A DNA stretch of 64,000 bases, taken from positions 1 to 64,000 of the IMG/VR virus record IMGVR_UViG_3300046660_000716; one strand, given 5' to 3'. Below are positions 9,156-17,169 of the stretch, one piece after another. Numbering within the stretch: the stretch's first letter is position 1; every line of letters starts with the position of its first letter. The position numbers were made by a program, and so were the translations under genes. The notes below the pieces were generated by a model. The model was given only the letters and a program-made list of their open reading frames with translations, searched no databases and was not told the origin of the DNA.

Positions 9156-9813
9156 AGCAGAGGTGGGTCGCCTCGAAATGCGACCCATCATGGCCAACAC
9201 CATGCGACGCCGCCTCAACCTGCTGGGAGTGGGCGGCGTCGGCAGCAACTTCATGCGGCTGATGTGCCACCACGAGGACGAGGTCATGGTCCGCATCTTC
9301 GACATGGACACGGTCGAGCTGCACAACCTGAACCGCGCGAGCATGTTCACGATCGACGACGCGTTCAGCAACGCGAGCAAGGTGAGCGCGATCGCTGCGT
9401 CGTGCAAGCGGCTCGCCAGCGAGCTGTCCGTTACCCCGAGCAACGCCGAGATCGACAGGGACACGGTGCTGCCCAAGGGCTTGGTGATCGACGCGCGGGA
9501 CACGCTGAACCCGACCAAGATCCCGGCGGCGACCTGGCTGAAGCTGGCCTACGACGGCGGCAGCGAGATGAGCTTCACCTGGCTGCCGCACATCGTCTCG
9601 AAACACGTCGTCGACCTGAGCAACGGTCGCAGCAACGCGTACGCCGTCGTGCCGAGCTTCTACGTGCCGGCGGCGCTGCTGTCCATCCTGGCCATGCGGT
9701 TCATGCAGTTCGAGAACTTCCTGGAGATCACCGAGATGCGCGCCGGCACCTTCCACATGAACCTTGACGAGATGGTCGACTCCGTCTCATACGAATGGGA
9801 GCCACCGCAATGA
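9142..9813 (+). CDS. ThiF/MoeB/E1-like adenylyltransferase
   Basis: LLGVGGVGS nucleotide-binding loop, FDMDTVELHNLNR, SKV, VIDARD; GAGGAGG RBS; overlaps end of the E2-like gene. Confidence 0.88.
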   Translation: MPITRAEVGRLEMRPIMANTMRRRLNLLGVGGVGSNFMRLMCHHEDEVMVRIFDMDTVELHNLNRASMFTIDDAFSNASKVSAIAASCKRLASELSVTPSNAEIDRDTVLPKGLVIDARDTLNPTKIPAATWLKLAYDGGSEMSFTWLPHIVSKHVVDLSNGRSNAYAVVPSFYVPAALLSILAMRFMQFENFLEITEMRAGTFHMNLDEMVDSVSYEWEPPQ

Positions 9814-10712
9814 GCGACACGCGCATCGAAATCGACCCAAGCACGGCGCGAGTCAGGTCCGTGACGTACCAGGACGTGACTGGCGAGATGATCACCGTCA
9901 CCGAAGGAGCGGTGGCGCCGGCCTTCGAGAACATCGCGTCGGCGCATCGCCACCACGCGCATTCCGATGTCGCCGACATGGCGACCCAGACCATGGCTGA
10001 GATCGAAGCGGCCATCGGCGAGCCGCCGATCATCTCGATCCAAGCTCCGGTGACCGAGGACGTGATGGTGCCGGAGGAGGACACGGCCGAAGTGCAGACC
10101 GTTCTACGCTTCCTCGAGGACGACTCGATCGACATGAAGCGCACCGTGGGCAAGATCCGCTCCCTGCCGCCGGAGCGCGTCCGCGACGCGCTCTCCGTGG
10201 CCTACGCCGACATCATCGGCGGCCGAGCCGGTCCTGCCCCGAGCATCGCCCGCGCTCTGCACATGGTGGTCTCGCCGTTCCTGACCGCGCTGCCGGGCCT
10301 GGTCCGCGACCACGGACCGCAGAACGAGCAGCTGCGCCGCCTCACCGCCGAGATCCTGGTGATCCTCAAGGGCGTGTACGTGGCCGAGTCCAAGTCGCGC
10401 AATAACACGCTGATCATCCGCCCCCTGCGCGGATCCGTCACGGGCCGCGACCTGACGCCGATGCAGCTGCTGCAGATGCAGCTCAAGATGTCGGCGACCC
10501 TGGAGCGCGAGCTGGCGGAGCTCGCCAGCAACGGCGGCTTCTGGAGCGTATTCATGAACGCCCACCAGTACCGCCAGATGGCGCTGCACTCCCCGGTCAA
10601 CCTGATCAACACCATCGCGGAGATGGGAACTTACCTCAAGGCTGTCTCGTTCAAGACCAAATTGGACAATCAACAGCTTAAGATTCTTCAGGCGTTCTTC
10701 CGTACTGCCTGA
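9810..10712 (+). CDS. hypothetical alpha-helical protein in the Ubl cluster
   Basis: ATGA overlap with the E1-like gene; ~300 aa. Confidence 0.75.
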   Translation: MSDTRIEIDPSTARVRSVTYQDVTGEMITVTEGAVAPAFENIASAHRHHAHSDVADMATQTMAEIEAAIGEPPIISIQAPVTEDVMVPEEDTAEVQTVLRFLEDDSIDMKRTVGKIRSLPPERVRDALSVAYADIIGGRAGPAPSIARALHMVVSPFLTALPGLVRDHGPQNEQLRRLTAEILVILKGVYVAESKSRNNTLIIRPLRGSVTGRDLTPMQLLQMQLKMSATLERELAELASNGGFWSVFMNAHQYRQMALHSPVNLINTIAEMGTYLKAVSFKTKLDNQQLKILQAFFRTA

Positions 10713-10745
10713 AGCACCAGCAACAATCCCACTCACTACGATTGA

Positions 10746-10765
10746 CGGGGCCGTGCACGGCCCCG
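10746..10765. promoter_or_regulatory. perfect 20-bp palindrome just upstream of an RBS
   Basis: CGGGGCCGTGCACGGCCCCG. Confidence 0.55.
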
Positions 10766-10781
10766 CTTGAAAGGAATCACA

Positions 10782-11522
10782 ATGGCAACAGCTACTCCAC
10801 GCGGCGCATCCTCCATCCCTGACCTGGAATTCCTGAAGGCGTACAACGACCCGAAGGCATCCAACGCCCAGATCCTGGAGGCCCTGCAAACCGACTGGAC
10901 TGCCGTGGGCGTCAAGCTGCGCTCCGCACGTCTGCAGCTGCACACCCTGGTGACCCGCACCGGCGGCGCCAAGGGTACCGCCGAAGCGAAGGACAAGGAC
11001 GACCTGGCGCTGGAAGCCCAGATCTTCAAGAAGCACGAGATCGTGCAGCCGCAGCCGAACGGCCCCTACATCTCGCTGCAAGAGCGCATCGACGCGGGCA
11101 AGATCAAGGTCAACTCCAAGCTGGAAGTGACCGAGCTGGAATCCAAGGGCGAGACCGCCAAGCCGGCCGCGAAGGCCGACGCCCCGGCCAAGGGCAAAGC
11201 TGACGCCAAGGCAGACAAGGCGAAGCCCGCCGACAAGGCCAAGGACTCGGGCAAGGCCGCCGCGGAAGAGCCAGCCAAGCCGACCAAGACCAAGGTAGCC
11301 GCCGATCCGCGCGCCTTCGTGTTCCAGGCCAACATCTTCAGCACGAACTACGAGTTCGCCGGCGCGTCGAAGAACGACGCCACCAACGCCCTCTTCACCA
11401 AGCTGCAAGAGCTGAACGTTAGCAAGGTCCAGATCTCCGACAACAACGGCCGCAGCTGCGGCTTCGCCGACATCGTGCACGGCGGCAAGTACAAGTTCAG
11501 CAAGCAGCTGACCGCGGCGTAA
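10782..11522 (+). CDS. candidate ubiquitin-like modifier: N-terminal domain, Lys/Ala-rich linker, C-terminal putative beta-grasp domain
   Basis: AAGGA RBS; last ~70 aa read as beta-beta-alpha-beta-beta-beta ending SKQLTAA; lies between the E1-like and JAB genes. CDS is solid, function is inferred. Confidence 0.5.
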   Translation: MATATPRGASSIPDLEFLKAYNDPKASNAQILEALQTDWTAVGVKLRSARLQLHTLVTRTGGAKGTAEAKDKDDLALEAQIFKKHEIVQPQPNGPYISLQERIDAGKIKVNSKLEVTELESKGETAKPAAKADAPAKGKADAKADKAKPADKAKDSGKAAAEEPAKPTKTKVAADPRAFVFQANIFSTNYEFAGASKNDATNALFTKLQELNVSKVQISDNNGRSCGFADIVHGGKYKFSKQLTAA

Positions 11523-11539
11523 AGGCGCGCCGGAAGGTA

Positions 11540-11563
11540 GCGATGGACCCGAGGGTCCATCGC
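11540..11563 (+). promoter_or_regulatory. stem-loop without U-tract after the Ubl candidate gene
   Basis: GCGATGGACCC-GA-GGGTCCATCGC. Confidence 0.5.
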
Positions 11564-11592
11564 GTCTAGACGAACACAAAGAAGGGTAAAGA

Positions 11593-12483
11593 ATGCGCAA
11601 CGATCACCTCATCAGCACGGGCCTGCAGCTTCACAGCAAGGCGTTCGTCGTGATGCCGCAGGACATCTGCCGCACCATGGCCGCGGCTCTGTCCGCCATC
11701 CCCGACCCGAGCCTCGAGTACGGCATGTACCTGAAGGGCGACTGGGATCCGAAGACCTGCACCGTCATCGTTCGCCCCGGCGAATTCTATGTACCGGAGC
11801 AGGTCGTGAGCGGCGCCTCCATCCAGTTCACCGAGGAGCCGCCCGGCCCGGAGTGGAACGTGGTCATCCACCGTCACCCGCCGGGCGTGAACCGCTTCTC
11901 CAGCACCGACGAGAACTCGATCAACGAGGAGTTCCTCGCCTCGGTCCTGTTCATGCCGCCGTGGGGCTTCCCCGACGCCGTGGTCAACATCCCGCTGGCG
12001 CCAGGCTCCAAGTTCCAGACCCGCGCCGTTGTCAATCCCGAGGGCACGCTGCTGGACATGCCAGAGGAGCTGACCGCCAAGATCAAGGCCAACGTCAAGC
12101 GCTACACGGCTCCGAAGGTCGAGAAGATGGGCGCCGGCCACGTCACCACCCTGGGACCGGACGAGCGCGCGTCCCTCCAGCGCGAGCTCGGCGAGAGCGG
12201 CCTGGATTTCGACAATGGTGGCTACGGACGTCCGCTGCCCGGCGTGGGCACCGGTAAGATCGGTCAGGCCCGCCAGGTGGCCGGCGGCGGCACCATCCGC
12301 GCGCTGGGCTACGAGCCTGACAAGGTCCGCCCGCGCATCCAGCCGATCCGCGGCGGCAAGGCCAAGCCGGGTCCGCTCAACGGCGACGCCGCCGGACTGG
12401 TGGCCGCAGGCTTCCACGCCTCCGACATCGAGGACATCGCCGACGCGCAGCGCGAGAGCCAGATGATCCGCGTGCAGGGCTAA
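11593..12483 (+). CDS. JAB/MPN+ (JAMM) metalloprotease
   Basis: upstream Glu in LEYGMYL and HRHPPGVNRFSSTD = HxH-x7-S-x2-D; low-complexity C-terminal half. Confidence 0.85.
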   Translation: MRNDHLISTGLQLHSKAFVVMPQDICRTMAAALSAIPDPSLEYGMYLKGDWDPKTCTVIVRPGEFYVPEQVVSGASIQFTEEPPGPEWNVVIHRHPPGVNRFSSTDENSINEEFLASVLFMPPWGFPDAVVNIPLAPGSKFQTRAVVNPEGTLLDMPEELTAKIKANVKRYTAPKVEKMGAGHVTTLGPDERASLQRELGESGLDFDNGGYGRPLPGVGTGKIGQARQVAGGGTIRALGYEPDKVRPRIQPIRGGKAKPGPLNGDAAGLVAAGFHASDIEDIADAQRESQMIRVQG

Positions 12484-12504
12484 CCACAACTACAAGGGAA
12501 TACA

Positions 12505-13245
12505 GTGGACAAAATCAAGAAGGTCAAGCTCTTCATGGGCTTGGGGGTGGCCGCGCTGCTGATACTCATCGGCCCGCTGCTTTGGATGCTGCTGCAGGCC
12601 GGGCTCGCTCTGAGCCTGGTCGGCGCGCTCGGCGTCGCCATGGCCGGGGCCATCCGACTGCTGCCGCTGGCCGGGCAGAAGCTGGAGAATAAGATCCTCG
12701 AACTGCGCAAGGCCGAGGCTCGCAAGAACCCGATCGAGCAGAAGCAGAACGAACTCCTGCGCCGCCGCAAGCAGATCGAGATGGCCAAGAAGGCGCTCGT
12801 CGGCGCCGGCTCCCAGATCGAGGGCATGGAGGACATGATCCGCGAGCAGGCCAGGAAGGACCCGGACTGCGACATGTCGCAGGAGCGCCGCGGCCTCGAG
12901 AAGATGAAGGCGTTCTACCAGGGCAACCTGGAGAAGCTGCGCTACCGCGAGGGTAAGATCGCCGAGTTCGCCAAGAACATCGAGCGCGACATCTTCAAGT
13001 GGGAATTCACCCAGAAGGGCAAGGCCACCATCGAGGGACTGAACGTTAACGACCAGGAATCCGTGCTGAACGAGATCCTGACCAGCGAGGCCAACCGCGC
13101 CGTCAACGACGAATTCAACCAGATCTGCGCCGAGATGGACATGGAAGTCAGCACCATGAACGCCCAAGGCGTGATCACTTACGAGGGCGGCCTGACGCTG
13201 GACATGACCGGCTACAAGGTGCCCGAAATGGCGAAGGTGAACTGA
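12505..13245 (+). CDS. membrane-anchored coiled-coil protein (possibly PspA-like)
   Basis: GTG start; two N-terminal hydrophobic helices then long charged helical region. Confidence 0.6.
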   Translation: MDKIKKVKLFMGLGVAALLILIGPLLWMLLQAGLALSLVGALGVAMAGAIRLLPLAGQKLENKILELRKAEARKNPIEQKQNELLRRRKQIEMAKKALVGAGSQIEGMEDMIREQARKDPDCDMSQERRGLEKMKAFYQGNLEKLRYREGKIAEFAKNIERDIFKWEFTQKGKATIEGLNVNDQESVLNEILTSEANRAVNDEFNQICAEMDMEVSTMNAQGVITYEGGLTLDMTGYKVPEMAKVN

Positions 13246-13246
13246 C

Positions 13247-13396
13247 ATGAACTACTGGAAGATCCTCAAGATCGCCGCGCCCATCCTGGTCGTGATCATC
13301 ACCGCCGTCGTCTGCGCCTTGGGTCAGCCCTCGTCGCCGGCCGACGCCCCGGCACCGGCTACCCAGCCGGCCGCCGGCCCCAACTACAACCTGTGA
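13247..13396 (+). CDS. small single-TM protein
   Basis: MNYWKILKIAAPILVVIITAVVCALGQPSSP...NYNL; fills the gap between neighbours. Confidence 0.6.
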   Translation: MNYWKILKIAAPILVVIITAVVCALGQPSSPADAPAPATQPAAGPNYNL

Positions 13397-13419
13397 CACC
13401 AACGATGAAGGACAGCACC

Positions 13420-14409
13420 ATGAACGTGATGCAACCGAAGTACATCAAGGGCCTGCTGGCCGCCATGCTGGTCATGATGGTTTCCGCCTTCGCCCACGCC
13501 GCGCCGGAAGAGGGCGGCCCGGCCGCCTCCTGCGGCGAGGACGCGCTGGAGATCGCCACCGGCGCCAAGGGCAAGGGCTACTCCCTGCTGTACGCGAACC
13601 TGGAGAAGGTCTGCGGCCAGGTCGTCCCGATGTGCGAGCACCCGACCAACGGCGGCCTGGACAACGTGAACGCGCTGTCCGTCAAGGAAGCCGACCTGGG
13701 CTTCGCCCAGTTGGACACCGCGAGCAGCATGAAGAGCGACGAGAACATCGCCGCCCTGGTCTCCGTGGCCACGCTGAACACGAACTTCATGCACACCGTC
13801 GTGTCGAGCTCCGGCTTCAACGTGCCCGGTCCGAAGAAGTGGGGCGGCATGAAGGACGGCGACCCGATCCAGGTGCAGCTGCGCTCCTTCTCCGACCTGA
13901 AGGGCCGCACGATCGGCGCCGTCGGCTCGGCCGACCTGCTGATCCGCCAGCTGAACAAGCAGCTGGGCTACAACATGACCATCCGCGGCTTCAAGAGCGA
14001 CGCCGACGCGATCCAGGCCATGAAGAACCCGGCCAACATCGTGGCCTTCGTGACGGTCAGCGGATGGCCGCACGGCGCCCTGAAGAACCTGACGCCGGAC
14101 AGCGGCCTGACCCTGGCGAGCTTCGACGCGGTCGTGGCCGCCCCGTACATCGTCAAGCCGCTGAACTACCGCAGCATGGCCGTGTACAACAGCAACACGC
14201 TGGGCGTGCCCAACCTGCTGCTGGCCCGCCAGTTCACGGGCGAGAAGGCCGCCCAGGTCAGCAAGCTGCGCGCCTGCATGGCCTCCAGCCTGACCAAGCT
14301 CCAGCAGGGCAAGTTCGAGCCGGGCTGGAACGAGATGAAGAGCCTGGACGGCGCCAACGACTGGCCGAAGTTCGTGCCGTCGTCGGCCGCCGCGCCGCGC
14401 AAGAAGTAA
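13420..14409 (+). CDS. TAXI-family TRAP-type periplasmic solute-binding-like protein
   Basis: signal peptide; IATGAKGKGY, TNGGLDNVNAL, ADLGFAQLD, SFSDLKGRTI. Confidence 0.8.
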   Translation: MNVMQPKYIKGLLAAMLVMMVSAFAHAAPEEGGPAASCGEDALEIATGAKGKGYSLLYANLEKVCGQVVPMCEHPTNGGLDNVNALSVKEADLGFAQLDTASSMKSDENIAALVSVATLNTNFMHTVVSSSGFNVPGPKKWGGMKDGDPIQVQLRSFSDLKGRTIGAVGSADLLIRQLNKQLGYNMTIRGFKSDADAIQAMKNPANIVAFVTVSGWPHGALKNLTPDSGLTLASFDAVVAAPYIVKPLNYRSMAVYNSNTLGVPNLLLARQFTGEKAAQVSKLRACMASSLTKLQQGKFEPGWNEMKSLDGANDWPKFVPSSAAAPRKK

Positions 14410-14676
14410 CCAACCGAGCATCAAACAGCTGCAGAGATGTGGCTGCCAGGAGCGTGACAGCGTACGCCGAATGGGCGCTGGTTCACGACGAAGGCTCCCA
14501 AAGCTAGCCAACGGGAGTCCGCAAGTAGGAGGGCAGGGTAGGTACTCGTGAGGCCGCCCGTCCCTCCGGGACCGCGATCAGGATCTGGCTGGACCGGATC
14601 CGGACCGAAACCCCGCGGAGGGGTATAGTGAGGGGGAAGCGGACCGCGCGGTCCGACCCCCTCGCGGTTTTTTTTT
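14410..14676 (+). ncRNA. candidate structured non-coding RNA ending in an intrinsic terminator
   Basis: no credible ORF; 5-6 consecutive stems; final long stem 14628-14665 plus T9. Confidence 0.35.
14628..14676 (+). terminator. intrinsic terminator
   Basis: GTGAGGGGG...CGGACC-GCGC-GGTCCG...CCCCCTCGC then T9. Confidence 0.75.
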
Positions 14677-14717
14677 GCCGGAACATGCAGCTATAGAGAC
14701 CCAAAGGCGAACCCATC

Positions 14718-16025
14718 ATGGCATTCAAAGACGTCACAATCTCCCGGCCCGTGTCCGTAGTGGCACCGGTCATCAGCAGCCTCGCGGGAGCCCTGCGCCG
14801 GTACGTCATGAGCGTGCTGCCGACCGAGTACGTGAGGGACTACTTCATCGACACGGAGCTTCCGATCGTGCGCTTCCAGCAGCGCCGCAAGTTCCGGCCG
14901 ATGATGCACTCGCAGCTGGACATTCGCAAGCTGCCGCTCCTGAGCATCAAGGTGGACTCGACGGCCGACCCATCGCCGTTCGCCACCGGCACGACGTTCT
15001 GGACCAGCACCCGCTTCCTGGACGACCCGACCCGGCTGGCCCGCCTGATCGTCGACGACGACAACCTGCGCTACGTCGGATACGAGACCGAGCGCATGGT
15101 CATGCGGTTCCAGGTGTCGTTCACCGTGGAGACTGACCTCAAGGCCGCCGAGCTGATGATGTACCTGCGCCGCAGCCTGCCGATCGACCAGAAGGTGTAC
15201 CTTAACGACGTGGACGTCGCCACCGAGGTGCCGATGGACGTGCTGCGCCCGATCTGGACCGACATGGGGCTGGGCGACGGCACGGACCCCGACGACGTGG
15301 CGGAATTCCGCGAGTACCTGACGGCCTCGACCGCCGGCCTGGTGGAGCAGGTGACGAGCTCCTCGACGGGCCGCCTCGTCTTCGCCTTCCACTACCGGGC
15401 GAACCCGATCGTCAACATCACCTCGGTCCCTTCCATGACGCCCATCCGGGACGGCAACGTCGTGACGAAGGCGCAGGTCGACATCCCGTTCGAGATGGAC
15501 GTCATGGTGCCGGTGGCGTACGCGCTGCGCCAGGAGCAGTCCCTGGGGTCGGTCACCCCCATAAACCCCACGCCGTTCGACATCGGCGACGAGGGCGCGG
15601 GGGCGTACTACAGCGCCCAGCACCGGACGCGCCCGCCGCAGACCGTGGCGGACAACCTGACGCTCGTCTACTTCACCGCGGTCGTGACGGCCGACGTGGA
15701 TCCCGCCCGCCCGGGCGCCCCCGACGTGACGGACCTGTCCACGTCCGTGGACGGCAGGATGCGGGCGTACATCCACGCCCTCCTGTCGGGCGGAGCACAG
15801 GACAAGGTCGAGGCCAAGCTCTGGCTGGACGGCGACGAGATCGGGGCCGGGTGGGAGTTCGACCCGGCCACGTGGGCGCTGACCATCGACAAGGTGGCGT
15901 TCCAGCCGCGCCAGAAGTACCACTTTGGACTGTACACCGACCTGTCCCGCCTCGACGAGCTCGCGCCGGTCGTCCGCAGGCCGCAGGCCCCGAGCCCCAC
16001 GTTCAAGCGCATCAACACCGTGTAG
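14718..16025 (+). CDS. hypothetical protein, probably virion structural
   Basis: 435 aa, beta-rich, phage-typical codon use, near structural genes. Confidence 0.6.
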   Translation: MAFKDVTISRPVSVVAPVISSLAGALRRYVMSVLPTEYVRDYFIDTELPIVRFQQRRKFRPMMHSQLDIRKLPLLSIKVDSTADPSPFATGTTFWTSTRFLDDPTRLARLIVDDDNLRYVGYETERMVMRFQVSFTVETDLKAAELMMYLRRSLPIDQKVYLNDVDVATEVPMDVLRPIWTDMGLGDGTDPDDVAEFREYLTASTAGLVEQVTSSSTGRLVFAFHYRANPIVNITSVPSMTPIRDGNVVTKAQVDIPFEMDVMVPVAYALRQEQSLGSVTPINPTPFDIGDEGAGAYYSAQHRTRPPQTVADNLTLVYFTAVVTADVDPARPGAPDVTDLSTSVDGRMRAYIHALLSGGAQDKVEAKLWLDGDEIGAGWEFDPATWALTIDKVAFQPRQKYHFGLYTDLSRLDELAPVVRRPQAPSPTFKRINTV

Positions 16026-16032
16026 AAGAAGA

Positions 16033-16057
16033 GCCCATGCCCTCCGCGGGCATGGGC
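16033..16057. repeat. CCATGCC/GGCATGG hairpin family, copy 2 (between convergent genes)
   Basis: GCCCATGCCC-TCCGC-GGGCATGGGC. Confidence 0.75.
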
Positions 16058-16062
16058 GTCCT

Positions 16063-16653
16063 TCAGGCGTTCACTGCTACGGCTGCTTGGGCGCCGTCGG
16101 GAACTTCTGCTCCCACGCTGCCTTTTGCGTCCTGATCCAGTTCTGGAGGCCGATGATCTGCTCCTCCATCAGGCTGGCCTTCTTGGCCTCCAGGGCGTGC
16201 TGCGTCTCCACCTCGCTCAGCTTGGGGCTGTCCTTGAGGCGCTCCGACTTCAGGCTGGCCGGCGGGTCCATCAGCTTTTGGGGCGTCTCCGGCCAGGGGG
16301 GTGTTGCTGTTGGCGGCGTTCCACACGCGCACAAAGCCAGCGCCAATAACGCCGCACTTGTCGTCATCCTGCTTGGTGACATAGATCGGTACCTCCTTGA
16401 TGATGGCGTCCGCCTTCTTGGTCACTGTGACGACCCTGTCGACGTACTCGGTTATGACCTTCACGTTTGCCTCGGCCTGCTGGACCTTGACCTCCGCGAC
16501 CTTCTCCACAACGGTCGCCTTCTCCTTGTCCCACCGCGCCTGGACGCGGCCCGAGCCGTTGGCGTCGCCCTTGAGGTAGGCGCCGCCGACCGCGAAGAGC
16601 AGAAGCAGCCCGATGCCGATGGACTTCCAGTTTTCTAGTAGGAACAGTGGCAT
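16063..16653 (-). CDS. i-spanin (Rz-like)
   Basis: N-terminal TM, coiled-coil, Cys; downstream of endolysin/holin; contains an embedded lipoprotein ORF. Confidence 0.8.
   Translation of the reverse strand: MPLFLLENWKSIGIGLLLLFAVGGAYLKGDANGSGRVQARWDKEKATVVEKVAEVKVQQAEANVKVITEYVDRVVTVTKKADAIIKEVPIYVTKQDDDKCGVIGAGFVRVWNAANSNTPLAGDAPKADGPAGQPEVGAPQGQPQAERGGDAARPGGQEGQPDGGADHRPPELDQDAKGSVGAEVPDGAQAAVAVNA
16077..16367 (-). CDS. o-spanin lipoprotein (Rz1-like), embedded in another frame of the i-spanin
   Basis: MTTSAALLALALCAC lipobox, Pro-rich mature part. Confidence 0.8.
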   Translation of the reverse strand: MTTSAALLALALCACGTPPTATPPWPETPQKLMDPPASLKSERLKDSPKLSEVETQHALEAKKASLMEEQIIGLQNWIRTQKAAWEQKFPTAPKQP

Positions 16654-16681
16654 GGCGTTCTCCGTGAGTGGATTGGGTGGG

Positions 16682-17140
16682 TTAGGAGGGGGTCTGCGGC
16701 GAGGCGTCGGCGACGGCCTGGTCCTTGCCCTCCGGGGAGGTCGAGTCGTTGACCGCCGAGTCGCAGGCGTAGCCGGCCGTGAAGGCCGAGGTGATGAGCT
16801 GGGAGGCGGTCAGGTTGTCCAGCTGGTTCGCCAGCAGGGCGGTGAGCGCCGCGGAGCCCAGGGTGATGAGCGCCAGCGCGGTCGCCTTCGGCTTTCGGCG
16901 GAACATGTAGTCCACGAAGTTCCCCTCGATCTCGCCGCGCAGCCACTTCTTGACGTAGTGGCCGATCATGCCGACCATGCCCACGCCGAAGAACAGCGTG
17001 ATGCGAGCGATCGCGTCGGCGCCGCCCAGGTCGGCGAAGAGGTTGAGGGGCTGGGCCACCGCCGCGCCCGAAAGCAGGACGGAGGCCAGGAGGACGATCG
17101 CAGCCGCGCAGGCGGCCATGTAGTTTCGGACTTTTTTCAT
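16682..17140 (-). CDS. putative holin
   Basis: 3-4 hydrophobic segments, between endolysin and spanins; MKKVRNYM N-terminus. Confidence 0.65.
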   Translation of the reverse strand: MKKVRNYMAACAAAIVLLASVLLSGAAVAQPLNLFADLGGADAIARITLFFGVGMVGMIGHYVKKWLRGEIEGNFVDYMFRRKPKATALALITLGSAALTALLANQLDNLTASQLITSAFTAGYACDSAVNDSTSPEGKDQAVADASPQTPS

Positions 17141-17169
17141 TTCGTTCTCGTTGTTGTGATGTTGCATGC

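Noticed and set aside
9142-9813. ThiF as part of thiamine or molybdopterin biosynthesis
   Set aside because: No thiG, thiS or moa genes nearby; its neighbours are E2-like and JAB genes
11150-11300. KAD/KPA repeats as a histone H1-like DNA-binding protein
   Set aside because: The lysines are interspersed with many Asp/Glu residues, so it is better explained as a flexible linker, although DNA binding is not excluded
12460-12483. JAB protein ends in Gly (RVQG), so it might itself be a conjugatable substrate
   Set aside because: A single terminal Gly after a low-complexity region with no beta-grasp pattern is too weak to support
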